64,000 nt of DNA, from positions 620,001 to 684,000 of the forward strand of contig JASVEC010000023.1 in assembly GCA_030770535.1 (NCBI GenBank), given 5' to 3'. The position numbers and the translations under genes are program-made. The DNA is from Batkoa obscura. Taxonomy: Eukaryota. The notes beneath the pieces were generated by a model that saw only the letters and a list, made by a program, of their open reading frames with translations, ran no database searches and was not told where the DNA came from. Shown one piece after another: positions 24,411 to 36,689 of the stretch; position 1 is the first letter of the stretch, and each line of letters opens with the position of its first letter.

Positions 24411-25438
24411 GCGTCGAAAGGGCTTTTAATCGAAGCAGGAATTATATCTTCTCTTTAATACACATTTTTAATCGCGCATAATCTAGAGTATATCCTATAA
24501 ATCAATTTAATATAATCAAATGTAATTAAAAGCAAACTTTGAAATTAAATTACTTTTCAGCTATGCAACCATTTTTAATTTTTAATAAATCTAAGCCTAC
24601 TTATCTGCTGGTTTATCTTGAATTCTAATCAATTTTTTATTATATTATACACATTAGATAATATAGTGTTTTAACGTAGTATTGAAAATAGCAATTTAGC
24701 TTTAAGTTTGAATGAGAGCATTCAATACCAGAGTCAACAACTATATATAAGCTTATAATATTATAACGATCATAATAATAGATGTGTTAGATAGTAAGGA
24801 AAAAGTTAAAAGATTAAAAATTAACATTTTACTATGAAAAATTGATTATGTTAATTAGTATTTTAACGTTATTGATTCTATAATTTATTACTCAAAAATT
24901 CAATCTATGTTGCAAGATTTACTATGCAAAATAAACTTAATTCTTTTAGAAGAATCCACTAATAATTAGTTTTGGCTTTGTCAGCATTTTTAAACATATT
25001 TAACTTTCAGGGGTTGTTTTTTTTACAAAATAAAGCTCAAAACCCCCTTTATTCCCCAATATAGTTGTCAAATCTCAACTATGCAACAGCTAATTGTTCA
25101 TTTAAGAATAAAAAATTTAGACATAAACTTTACTAAACCATAGAGCTGGGGTTTAAAAAAAGTATCTAAATAAATACTAGCCGAAGAAATTTTGCAAGGA
25201 AGTAAATGTTTGAGTTTTAAAAACTACAAGCAAAATCAAAGGGATAGTTTGTATCATGATAGGATTCATTAAAAAAATACTATTTTCGCTACTACCAACC
25301 CAAGCTAAAATTAAATATTGCTAACAGTTTTATTTTTAATTGTCATAACAGTACTCATTATCATTAAATTCTTTCTATCATTGCTTCATAATATGTATAA
25401 AAAAATTAATTTCCATTTAATTCATTCAAAATAAATAA

Positions 25439-25536
25439 GGGGATGTATTTTTTTGTTTAAGAATTTCAATAACAATCTTTCCACTCAAATAGCGCTTAAA
25501 AAATGGAGAAGCAATGAAGCCAAAAAAAACATCCCC
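25439..25536 (+). mobile_element. MITE family A copy
   Basis: GGGG...CCCC with ATAA TSD. Confidence 0.85.
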
Positions 25537-26089
25537 ATAAACTAGTATTATGATTTTAAACAAATGTGAAAAAATGATATTTTGATTCAATTTATTTGGA
25601 AAGTAAAATATAAAGTATATTGTTTTAAAGCACCACAAATAGTTAATTGACAACTTAAACGTTTACTTTACTACCAACCATAATACATTTATTAGAAATA
25701 AAAACTAAAATAAAATGAGGATATTATCAAATCCTTAAAGACCAGGGGCCTAAAAGTATTAAAACTAACTTTGATCCTTTTAATTTTTAAATAGTATTTA
25801 AAAAATTTAAGAAATGAAATTTAAGTATTTAGTAAATTTAAAAATTTACTGATGCCAATTTCTTGATTAAAATGTTAATTTTAATACTACTTTATACTAC
25901 TACTGTTCAAAGATAATGAGATGTTTGATTATTTTCAATGAGGATTGATAATAAATATTTAAGATATTATTTTAAAGGAACTATAATGTTATAATCTTAA
26001 ACTATTTTAAACATATGTTTTATTATAAAGTGTGTTAAATTTGTCAGAAATACAAAATTTAAATGATTTAAAGATGAAGAGATTGAATG

Positions 26090-26512
26090 TTAATTATAAG
26101 CAAGAGAATAGTTAAATTGAACCATTCTCATGCATTTTTTGAACTTTTTAAATTCTTGGGGCGACCTCTTTGGTCCGTGGTTTTTCAATATAACATGAGT
26201 GTTAAGATGATTTAAGGCACCATACGATTTTGTACAGCCTGTATGATTACATTTGAATACCCTTTCTATTTCTATATACTTTCTGCGGTTCCTTATTTTT
26301 ACTTTTTGTTCTTGGTTATCCTCAGGAGAGGTTGAACGTGTATCTACGATATAACTTTGATTACCGCTATAACTTGTGGTACCAAAATCAAAAGATGGGA
26401 GAATTTCTCTACTTGAAGTAAACGTAGAAGGGAAAAGGAATCTAATTGAAGGGAGGTTTGTGCTATTGCAACTTTGAGTAGAATCTTGATTTAATATATG
26501 TGTCAATTTCAT
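26090..26512 (-). CDS. Con7-type single C2H2 zinc-finger transcription factor (paralog 2)
   Basis: RNRRKYIEIERVFKCNHTGCTKSYGALNHLNTHVILKNHGPKRSPQEF. Confidence 0.82.
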   Translation of the reverse strand: MKLTHILNQDSTQSCNSTNLPSIRFLFPSTFTSSREILPSFDFGTTSYSGNQSYIVDTRSTSPEDNQEQKVKIRNRRKYIEIERVFKCNHTGCTKSYGALNHLNTHVILKNHGPKRSPQEFKKFKKCMRMVQFNYSLAYN

Positions 26513-28932
26513 TTTGTCAAGTAAACAATTTTCAAAAAAAATATGGAAAAGAATTCACTATTCTATCCTTTTATATTAGATTTACTTTCTAAACGTATGC
26601 TTAATTTAAGGGTTTAATCTTATAAAAGTTATATTTAGTTTTAGTTAATGTCATCAATTATAAAATATTATACCAATTTAGTTAGTTAAAGAATTAGATT
26701 AACTTTTTATGGCAACCTTATCCTTAATAATATTTCCCTTTCAATAAACTATTGATTATAAAATAAGGAGAAATTAAGCTATGTATATGAGTCTTGAAAA
26801 TACTTTGAGAGAAGTTAACACCCATTAATTAATAAAATACCGTTTTTTAAAGTGTATTATCCAAACAATTCCGTTTTCATTTGTTACTATAATCTTTTTA
26901 ATTAAGCATGCCCTTTAGTGTGAAAAAGTTATCTTTATTCCTTTTTTTATTGTTTTGGGTGTGTTTTTAGAGCAAAATAAAAAAGGACAGTTTCATTGAA
27001 GGGTCTTAAAATGATGGTATAGCCATCTCCGATATAGTTAAACTTTATTTAGATATTTAATTCTATTTCACACTTTACTTTCCATATAAAATCTAGGCCT
27101 GTTCATTGAAACTCGGAGTATAAAACATTTTGTACTTTATTATAGCAACGATAAGGTTACAAATTGCGTCTTATGTATTAGCAGCTATTATATTCTAAAG
27201 AATAAAGGTAAAATAAAAGTAGAATTTTAAAATTAGAATTATATAGATGATAATAAAACTTTAAGCCTCAATTTTATCAAATAAAATAAGAGTTTAGTAA
27301 ACGAGTTATGTTATGATCCTCTATTAGATTATTTTTTCCTTAATTTGTATAGAAAACTAGCTACTTACATTAAAAATATACAACTCACATCATAAATCCA
27401 AACCAGATTCTTAACATCTATAAAATTTTCTAAATTTAGGTATAAAATTAATAATTCAAATCCTGTTCATTATTAATTTATTTAAGAAAAGTTATATTAT
27501 TTTAACATCTGAATTGTTTTGGAAACTTATAAAATATTTAACTAATAAGTATAGGGAATAACTTATTTTAAAATCTTACTTTAGCTTGACACATTTATTA
27601 AGTCTAACAACTAAAATAAAGTGGTAAAAGTGTAAGAAGAATACTTAATTTTAAAGTTATAAAATTAATTTAATTTAATAAAGTTTAAAAAGCCTTTAAA
27701 TTGTATAGATTCAAACTTATTACTTTTGTTAACTGCTAAAACTCTATCCTTAAAAGTAAAAGATAGGTATTTTAGATGTAATATTTTGTTATCATTAAAA
27801 AGGTAATGAGACCGATCTTAAATTAAGGTTACCCCATATTATTTGATATTACTCCATAAATTTCACTGGCTAAAAGTTTATTACTAACCAAAATGATAAG
27901 TTAACCCCTAAAGTTAAGTTTAATTAAACCTGTTACTTGTTAAAGGAGAGTTTTTAAATATTTATCTAAAAACACATTGATTATAGTTTATAAATAGTTT
28001 AGTTATACACCTTTTAAATTAATTTTTCCTAGTAATTTAACATATTATTTACAATCATATTATTTATTCTAATTATGATTTAATAAATTTTAGAAAAAAG
28101 TTTAAGTTTAGTTCGATAAATATATTTTTATACCAAGTGAATGTTTTATTTATGAAATGTAAGATTAATACACCTTTGTAATTAAATCTCTCCAATGAAC
28201 TTAAATCTAATTGTTAACAAAAGTTAGTTTTGTGTGGATAGCTTGTAAGCTTACAGCATTTTTTGTTTAATTACATAAAAAATAAAGTTTTGCCATTATT
28301 ATTACTTCTTGTATAATATATAATTATGACGTTAGCATTTAAAATAATGTTTTTTAGAGTTTTGATTTTAATAAGAAAACTAATATAATTTTGAAATAAT
28401 AAAAAACATACTATATGGCTTATTATTACTTTAAAGAATATACGAATATAATTGAAGTTGGCAATTCTAAGCATTATATATATCAAACTATTAATTAATT
28501 GAATAAAACTAAAACATAGAATATAATACATATGAGTTCGATTTTGATTAATTTTTTCCTTTATTAGTTTACTGAAAAATATATCTATTTTTGATTTAAG
28601 TAAACTTTTTAACAGGACATTATTAGGTAGTTAAAACCTTAATTACAATTCTATTTGTAATTTTTTCTACTATTTTTAGTAAAAGTAACAGTTTAAACAC
28701 ACAAGCTATTTAAACATACATTGTGTAGCTTTAATGTAAACTGTAATTTGTAGCTTAATCTACTTAAGGCTTAATACCATGAATACGTTAATACTACCCA
28801 TAGGATAAATTTATACCATAGTGAATAAAAAGGTCGATTTCAAATATAAATACATTTATCATAAAATAAATACTAATTATATCGATTTATTATTTCTCTC
28901 TTAACTCTTAGCAAAAGCCATATTATATAAAA

Positions 28933-29032
28933 GGGGATGTGTTTTTTTGTTTAAGAATTTTACTAATAGCTTTTCCACTCAAACAGTGTTTAAAAAATGG
29001 AAAAAAGTGATGAAATCAAAAAACACCCCCCC
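28933..29032 (+). mobile_element. MITE family A copy
   Basis: GGGG...CCCC with AAAA on both flanks. Confidence 0.85.
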
Positions 29033-30234
29033 AAAAAAGGATGTTTGTTTTTAGTATAATTAGCATGTTTTTATTAAACAAAAGAGTACAGGAGCTTATA
29101 ATCAAACTCGCTATTACCCAACTGAACAGCTTAATTTTAACTTAAATGCCATATAATATTAGGTTATACAAATGTATAATATACATATGCTAGAATTTTT
29201 AAAGGGTTGAACTTCATGATCTTAAAAGTGGGAGAATTAAAAAGTTGATTTCATTTTTTTTACTCTTCCCCTTTTTTTAGTATTCTTTAATTAAAATTGA
29301 ATTAAATTTTTAGCTATAGTCTGTGTTTACCCTGAAACTTCAAATTAAATGTTTATTTAGTTTAGTACAAACATCGATTGGCAGTATTCTCGACTTTTGT
29401 TAATTTTAAATGCCAATGTTGTTTAATTTTATTACCTTAGGTTTAAATCACAGTATATACTATAAAGTTTTGTAAAAAAATAGAGCCGAAAAATTTTAAG
29501 CTAAATAAAAATAATAACCCAAAGTACTATTACTTTAGAAACTATAGAATTAAGCGAATACTCAATTATAAATATCTAGCTTTAATATCTTTTGATACGA
29601 TAGCTTTTTGTATTTCAAAGAGTATTTTATTTATAAAGTATTGTAGAGCATAAAAAGTTTCACTCAGAGAGTAAAAATTTCGTATTTATCAATTTAAATA
29701 ATGTAGTTTATAAAAAATAAACTTAGATAAACTGATTGAAATTATCAAACTTTATTATTAAATTTGATAAGCAGTCCAGCTTATTACAAAAAATGCTACT
29801 TAATGGCATTAATTCAATGAAAATTAAAGTTATAATATTATACAAACTTTTAAAATCTGACGCAATTTGTAATCCCTTTATTAGCCATAGAAAATACTCG
29901 ATGTTTTGCATAATAATATGACAACTTCAAAACGACATATGGGGATATTCAAATTGGTTTCATTTTTTTATCCAGTTTTTAAATATTTTATTATAATTTA
30001 TATTGTGAGTTAGTAAGATTTCTACTAAATTTAATAGAACTTCCCAGAATAGTAAGGCTTTTATCAATATAATATATATATTGTTATTAATCAAAGCTGT
30101 AGTATGCAAATAAACATATACTCCTATAAAACTTCATTAAGAAATATTTATCATTGGCTGTTTTATGGTTAATATTACGAATTTACTATCAAATAAATAG
30201 TTCTAATGCTATAGTTATATTATTAATATATTAC

Positions 30235-30698
30235 TGTGAAATATCGCTTTGTCAGTCCCATGGTTAATTATAGCATAACAATCGTCTAAGCTGTTGTGTT
30301 CTCGAGTTCAGAGAAAATCAATCCCACGTCCTTATTTTGATTTGTTATGAGAATTTCTAGCTCCATCCCAAAGAATATTATCCTCTCATTTTGATATTTG
30401 TACTTTTCAGAGTATAAAAGAATTTACAGAGCATGGTAGCTCGAGGCTTTTTAACTGAATTATTTACTGATATCTCAAACATTTAATAAACCCACTAAGT
30501 TTTCTTAATAGTATTTTACGTAGATTTTACATTAGTATTGTCTATGCTATTTGTCTTATATAGCTTGTAACCTATTACGAGCTATTCCTCATAATCCAAG
30601 TCTATCACAGTCACATAAACTAAGACCTTTCAACTTATAGTGTAGTCAACCAGCCAGTAGCTGTTTTTAACTTTAATCGGCGGGTACCAGAGTTCACA
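30235..30698 (+). mobile_element. Solo LTR, 464 bp (subfamily 1)
   Basis: TGTGAAAT...GTTCACA ends, internal GTATAAAAG and AATAAA; highly similar to the copies at 36226 and 49571. Confidence 0.75.
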
Positions 30699-30859
30699 TC
30701 CCCATATATCAAAAAATGGTAATTATATTTTTTCAAATTAATAATCTTGTAAACAAGTGGTCAAAATTGCTGTACAAAAAAATAGGCAAATATTGATTAG
30801 AGGCAAAAGATACTATTTTTATATAAAAGTGTACCCAGATTTATTTATAAAACACAAAT

Positions 30860-31033
30860 AGTAAATGTAAAAGCTGTCTTAAAATTTCAAAAGGTTGACT
30901 TTTAATATCATTACCTTTACATTGTATATATTCAATAATATGTGTATGAAATATTAACTTTTAACTCTTCTTTACTGAGAAGTTAACATTAAAAGTCAAT
31001 TTTTTGAAATTCCGAGACAGTTTTATGTTTACT
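30860..31033. repeat. Foldback inverted repeat, ~48-bp arms (MITE-like)
   Basis: AGTAAATGTAAAAGCTGTCTTAAAATTTCAAAAGGTTGACTTTTAAT ... ATTAAAAGTCAATTTTTTGAAATTCCGAGACAGTTTTATGTTTACT. Confidence 0.7.
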
Positions 31034-32643
31034 GTATAAACAATTTTATATAAAAACCTAGCAATGTGTAAAAAAGTATAAAGTCACTTCATAAACATAG
31101 CCAAAGTCTAAATATAACTCTGCTCAAAACAAACGAGACTGTTTACTAAGAGCTATTTGATAAATCAGTTTCATTTATTTTAAGTAGGGTTGTATATGTC
31201 TAAAATTATCATTTAAATTAATAAAAGACTATAAAGTGAATGAATTCCTTATTAAAGATAAGTAGTAAACAAAACTTTAATAAAATTCTTAACAAAAAGA
31301 GATATCCCTATATATTTAGAATTAGTTTCATTTGCACTATTTTAATACCTTTTTCAGTTTAATTCGAGGTGAAATAGTAAAGATTTTTCTAAATAATGCT
31401 TAAAAATGGAAAAAGTGATGAAATCAAAAAAACATGCTCATACAAAGCTTTAGATTCAAACCACAGTACTATAGGTAGTATATTAGTGTAGTTTTACATA
31501 AAAATTTTATTAGCAGTTTTTCCCCTTAGTATGAATAATAAATGGACAAAAAGATGAAACCAAAAAACTTATGTGTAAACTTCTCATCGTTTCAATATTT
31601 TATCTATTTTTTACATTTGTTATAAAAAAAACTTTGTTAAATTCTTAAACGAAAAAAGCATACCTGCAAATTAATTTAATGAATTTATAACTATCAGATT
31701 AGCAATACATCCTTTTGCTTTTTATCAAACTATTATGAAATACTTGAAATATAGTGATGTCTATAAACTATCGGTATTTTACTATCCCAATTTTATATCA
31801 AAACTTTTGCTATTTTAGAGAATCAGATGTAATCTTCTCATATTAATGGTAACGTTAACTGTGTTATGAACTAATACAAGCCTCCCAGTCATTTTATTAA
31901 ATTGCACTAGTGCTTTTGGGACATCTATAAGTAGATTAAATATTAGTTTAAGTTGAGTTTACAGTATGACATTTAAATTCATGGCATAATGGCTTGTTTT
32001 ACCCCATTCTATCTTTCTTTATGCATTAATCTTATTTAACTTCGGTTTTGAAATAATATATTTTCAATAACAATAGTTTAATTAAGGTTTATAAGGTTGA
32101 AATTTCATATATGGTTAATACCTATATTTTATATTTATTATTTTTGAGAGTTTTATTTAAAACATTTTGTAGATTAAGATAAATTAATTGCTCTTCTAAA
32201 ACACATTCAAATTTGACTTAAAACTAAAATCTTCAGAGCATGTATTCAGCTCAGAATTTATTCTTTAAGATATAAATTATGCCTATACAGTTTATAATTT
32301 ATACTGGAAAACTGTTAAAACCATAAATTCAAAGTTTTACTTATAACCTGTTTGGTTGATCCATGACTTAATAGAGGTTTTAAAAAAAACAATAAACAAG
32401 TAATTCCATATGGAACATTTAAAAGGTACTCTTTCATGTGGTATATTTATCAGGCATTTTTCTTTATTTGCAACATTACTGCTCTAATTAAGTGATGCTT
32501 AATCCCTGTTATATCACGTTACACCAGTTTAGGCGAAATGATTCGGAACACTTATGATTGGTTGCATGTAAGGTCACTTTAAAGATGAGGAGAACTATAA
32601 ATAGGATTAAATGTGTAGATTTAATATTAAGTTTTTTCATAAA

Positions 32644-33204
32644 ATGGGATTGACAGATTGGTTTAAAAATAGTTATATTGCAACACATCTTGAAGTAGGT
32701 AAATATACTAAAAGGAGGACTACTAACAGAAGCAACAGTATGTCAGATGCTGAAGTAATCATGAATTATATTCAAAAGGAAGTACTTACGGAACAATACA
32801 CCAGACCCACAAATCCAACTAAAAAATCCACAAAAAAAAATAAACTGAATAAGACTCAGAAGGCTGAACGAGACCTTAAAGCTATTGAAGATTACATTGG
32901 TATAAAGCTGTTTACACCTAAAGCTGCACCTCCTAAGGAAACAAGGCCCAAAGCAAGCGCTACTACTACTAGTTATTCTAATTCTAGCAACCAAAGCGAC
33001 TTTTTCCAAGATAACTTTGTTGACACCCATCGCCGTAGTTTGGACGATGCTAGTACTTATGGGTTAACAAAGAGACAAGGATTCAATGACAAAATAAAAG
33101 AATCCGATTTTGAACTAGGATCTTCGAGAGATCCATTTGATGTTGAGTTTGTTGATTTGGACTCTTATTTTGAAAATAATCAAGGAGCTTATCACGGTAA
33201 ATAA
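32644..33204 (+). CDS. Hypothetical protein (~186 aa), likely starting MGLTDWFK
   Basis: Intronless ORF with coding-like composition; TATAAA at ~32597 and TGATTGG at 32555 upstream favour ATG 32644 over 32611. Confidence 0.7.
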   Translation: MGLTDWFKNSYIATHLEVGKYTKRRTTNRSNSMSDAEVIMNYIQKEVLTEQYTRPTNPTKKSTKKNKLNKTQKAERDLKAIEDYIGIKLFTPKAAPPKETRPKASATTTSYSNSSNQSDFFQDNFVDTHRRSLDDASTYGLTKRQGFNDKIKESDFELGSSRDPFDVEFVDLDSYFENNQGAYHGK

Positions 33205-33901
33205 TTATCGTTATCTGGATCTATATTGAACTTGTAGTATATGGATCAATCTCAATATGGTATTAATTTAATTATTTTTTACTCTGAATAAATTTATTGT
33301 TTTTATTTAACTTCATAAGATATTTCATAAGAATAGCTTATCAACAAAATTGATTTGCTGGTTTTATACTTGTAGCCAATAGTATCTAGGCTTTACTATA
33401 TCATTTTCTAAATTTTTCATGAAATTATGCCACCAAAAAGATGGAACATGAAAGCAAAGAATATTCCAGTTTAATAGTTTTTTTTACTATATTTGTGTTG
33501 TAAAGTAACTCGTGGTTAGAGTATTTTGAGTATGTCCAATACACATCAAAATTCGTTATTAAATCTCTTATATTTGATAGATTCATTAGATTTTTTCTTA
33601 CAGATTATGAGTTAAATTTCTTCGAATGGTCTACCACACTTTATTAACTTTTATATATTGGTTTATTATTAAATTTATATTTAAAATAAATATGATAATG
33701 TTTTTTTGACTATCACTTTAACTAATAATTTATTTAATTTTAAGCTTAAGAAATGGAAAAAGGAAAAAAGAAAAAAACAGCACTTGTATAGGTTAATTGT
33801 CTATTATTAAAAAACACATAATAAAAACATACAGATAAATAAATATAAATGCTTTAGTATAAAAACGCTATTGAAATATATTGCTGTAGTTTTCAGAATA
33901 T

Positions 33902-33999
33902 GGGAGTGTTTTTTTGACTTTATTACTTTCTCTATCTTTTAAGCATTATTTGAGTGGAAAAATTATTGGTAAAATTCTTAAACACAAAAATACATCCGC
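33902..33999 (-). mobile_element. MITE family A copy
   Basis: Reverse orientation, ATAT TSD. Confidence 0.85.
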
Positions 34000-34402
34000 A
34001 TATAAACAATAACAAGGCTATCAAGTTTTGATCAAAATAGATAAAACTATTTTTCCTTTTATTATGCTATTTATTTTTGTGCAAAATAAAAATTTAAAAT
34101 AAAAAATGTGTAAACTAAAAAGTTTTGCGTATGTTGTTTAAAATCTTTCAATATGATGATAAGATTTAATATACAAGTAAAAAGAAATTAAATAAACCAG
34201 TCTTCTGAAAAATTTAATCTCACTAACAACACGTTTAATTTTTTTAACAAAGTAAGCTATAATACTATAGTATTCCTCAAATTTTGTCTTAGATAGAAAA
34301 TAGTTGAAATGTTAAATCAACGAATTCTTGTTAATTTTGCAAAATTTAGGCTTAAATCACTATAAAATTTTATTAATCTTGCCAGTTTGAGCTTTTTAAT
34401 AT

Positions 34403-34481
34403 GAGGATGTGTTTTTATGTTTAAGAACTTTACCAACAGTTTTTCCACTCAAATAATGCTTAAACGAAAAAATACATCCCC
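34403..34481 (+). mobile_element. Rearranged MITE family A copy with two left ends
   Basis: After GCTTAAA the sequence continues CGAAAAAATACATCCCC, the reverse complement of the left end. Confidence 0.7.
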
Positions 34482-34626
34482 GTTTATTATCACAAAATCT
34501 GATGGTCAGAGTTTAATTGCTTTATATTATTTATAAAAAGCTAAAAGTTAAAAAAAGCTTATAATAACTTATTAAAAAATGGATATAATATTAGAAAAAG
34601 TTATTCAATAAAATATAGAATAATAT

Positions 34627-34725
34627 GGGGATGTATTTTTGTGTTTAAGAATTTTGCTAACAAATTTTCCGCTTAAATAGTGCTTAAAAAATGGAAAAAA
34701 TAATGAAGTCAAAAAAAACACACCT
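34627..34725 (+). mobile_element. MITE family A copy
   Basis: Full core, ATAT TSD. Confidence 0.85.
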
Positions 34726-34766
34726 ATATAGTAGTAATAAAATATACATATAGAACATTTACATTA

Positions 34767-35510
34767 TGTGAAATCTGGTACTCAGTGGCTGGAGTCAAAA
34801 GCAGTTCTTGGCTGATTGACTATCCGTAAATCCAAAGATCCTATTTTATGGAACTAAGATAGACCTGAATTATGAAGAACAACACATAATAGACTACAGA
34901 CTATGTAAGTCAAATAGAGTAGACAATAATATTGTAAAACCTACTTAAAACACTATCAACAAAATCTAATGGCTTTTTTAAAGTTACAATATCAAGAAAT
35001 GGGGATGTTTTTTTAACTTCATTATTTTTCCATCTTTAAGCGCTATTTGGGTGGAAAATTGTTAGTAAAATTCTTAAATACAAAAATATATCCCCAAATA
35101 GTTCAATTGAAAAGTTTCGAGTTACTATGTTCTAAAATCTCTTTTATACTCGACAAGTATATATGAGAATGCTTTTTCCATCCTTTAAGCACTATTTGAG
35201 CGGAAATTTTATTAGTAAAATTTTTGAACCTAAAAATACATTCCCATATATCAAAACGAAGAGATAATATCCTTCGGGATCATATGACAGAAATTCTCAT
35301 AGTAAATCAAAATAAGAGGCCTAAGATTGATTGTGTCTAAACTTGAGAACACAACGACTTAAGTGATTGTTGTGTTATGGGCTGTTTTTTTTGGTTTCAT
35401 TATTTTTCCATTTTTAAGCGTTATTTAAGTGGAAAGGTTGTAGTAAAATTCTTAAAAAAAAACACATCCCCTTATAGTCAATCATAGAGCTGATAAAGCG
35501 ATATTTCACA
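34767..35510 (-). mobile_element. Solo LTR (subfamily 2) carrying three nested MITE A insertions (35001-35095, 35165-35245, 35379-35471)
   Basis: TGTGAAATCTGG...GCGATATTTCACA; removing each MITE plus one 4-bp repeat restores collinearity with intact LTRs; flanks ATTA/ACTA. Confidence 0.8.
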
Positions 35511-35998
35511 ACTAAAATATCATAAAAACTAGTATTTAGTAATTAAAATCAAATGCAGTTTTTGTTTAATTAATTGGTTGTAAGCCAAAAAATCTTAGTT
35601 TATATGTTTAAAATAAATTTAGACTCATAGAAATAATATATGATAAGCTATAAATTATATGAAATATTACAAAGTCCAATAGCTTTATTGAAAAGTATAA
35701 TATTAAGGAATAATTTAATAAAAAGTCTTAAATTAATTATATCTAAATTTAAAAACATAATAGCTTTTGATGGGAAAATCACCTAAAGCTACTTAAATTT
35801 ATTACATAAATAATAGTTAAATTAACTATAAAATTGATAAATCAATATCTTGTATAATTTAATTTAGTACATTTATTTATTTTATTATAATTTTATTATT
35901 TATTTTATTGATGAATTAATAGAATTTGTTTTTTTGACAATATAGGTATTTTATAGTAAATATTTAATTAAAAATTATAATAAAATAAACAAATATAT

Positions 35999-36094
35999 AG
36001 GGATGTATTTTTGTGTTTAAGAATTTTATTAACAATTTTCCACCCAAACAGCGCTTAAAGATGGAAAAATGATGAAATCAAAAAAACACCCCCT
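35999..36094 (+). mobile_element. MITE family A copy
   Basis: Full core, ATAT TSD. Confidence 0.85.
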
Positions 36095-36225
36095 ATATAC
36101 TTTTTTGGTAATATAAGTTTTTTAAATTCTTTTAATGTTTATTATTTCTATAATTTTTAATCAAACAAAAATACATTCCCATATGTTTGTTTATTTTATT
36201 ATAATTGATAACTTTCAATGCTGAT

Positions 36226-36689
36226 TGTGAAATATCGCTTTGTTAGTCCCATGGTTAATTATAGCATAACAATCGTCTAAGCTGTTGTGTTCTCGAGTTC
36301 AGAGAAAATCAATTCCACGTCCTTATTTTGATTTGTTATGAGAATTTCTAGCTCCATCCCAAAGAATATTATCCTCTCATTTTGATATTTATACTTTTCA
36401 GAGTATAAAAGAGTTTACAGAGCATGGTAGCTCGAGGCTTTTTAACTGAATTATTCCCTGATATCTCAAACATTTAATAAACCCACTAAGTTTTCTTAAT
36501 AGTATTTTACGTAGATTTTACATTAGTATTGTCTATGCTATTTGTCTTACATAGTCTATAGCCTATTACGAGCTATTCCTCATAATCCAAGTCTATCACA
36601 GTCACATAAACTAAGACCTTTCGACTTATAGTGTAGCCAACCATCCAATAGCTGTTTTTGACTTCAATCACTGGGCACCAGATTTCACA
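36226..36689 (+). mobile_element. Solo LTR, 464 bp (subfamily 1)
   Basis: TGTGAAAT...ATTTCACA; flanks CTGAT/TTGAT. Confidence 0.78.

Noticed and set aside
30235..36689. Two similar co-oriented LTRs 5.5 kb apart as one full-length retrotransposon
   Set aside because: Outer flanks differ (TTAC vs TTGA), no PBS, PPT or gag-pol is visible, and the interior holds a host-like gene and other repeats.
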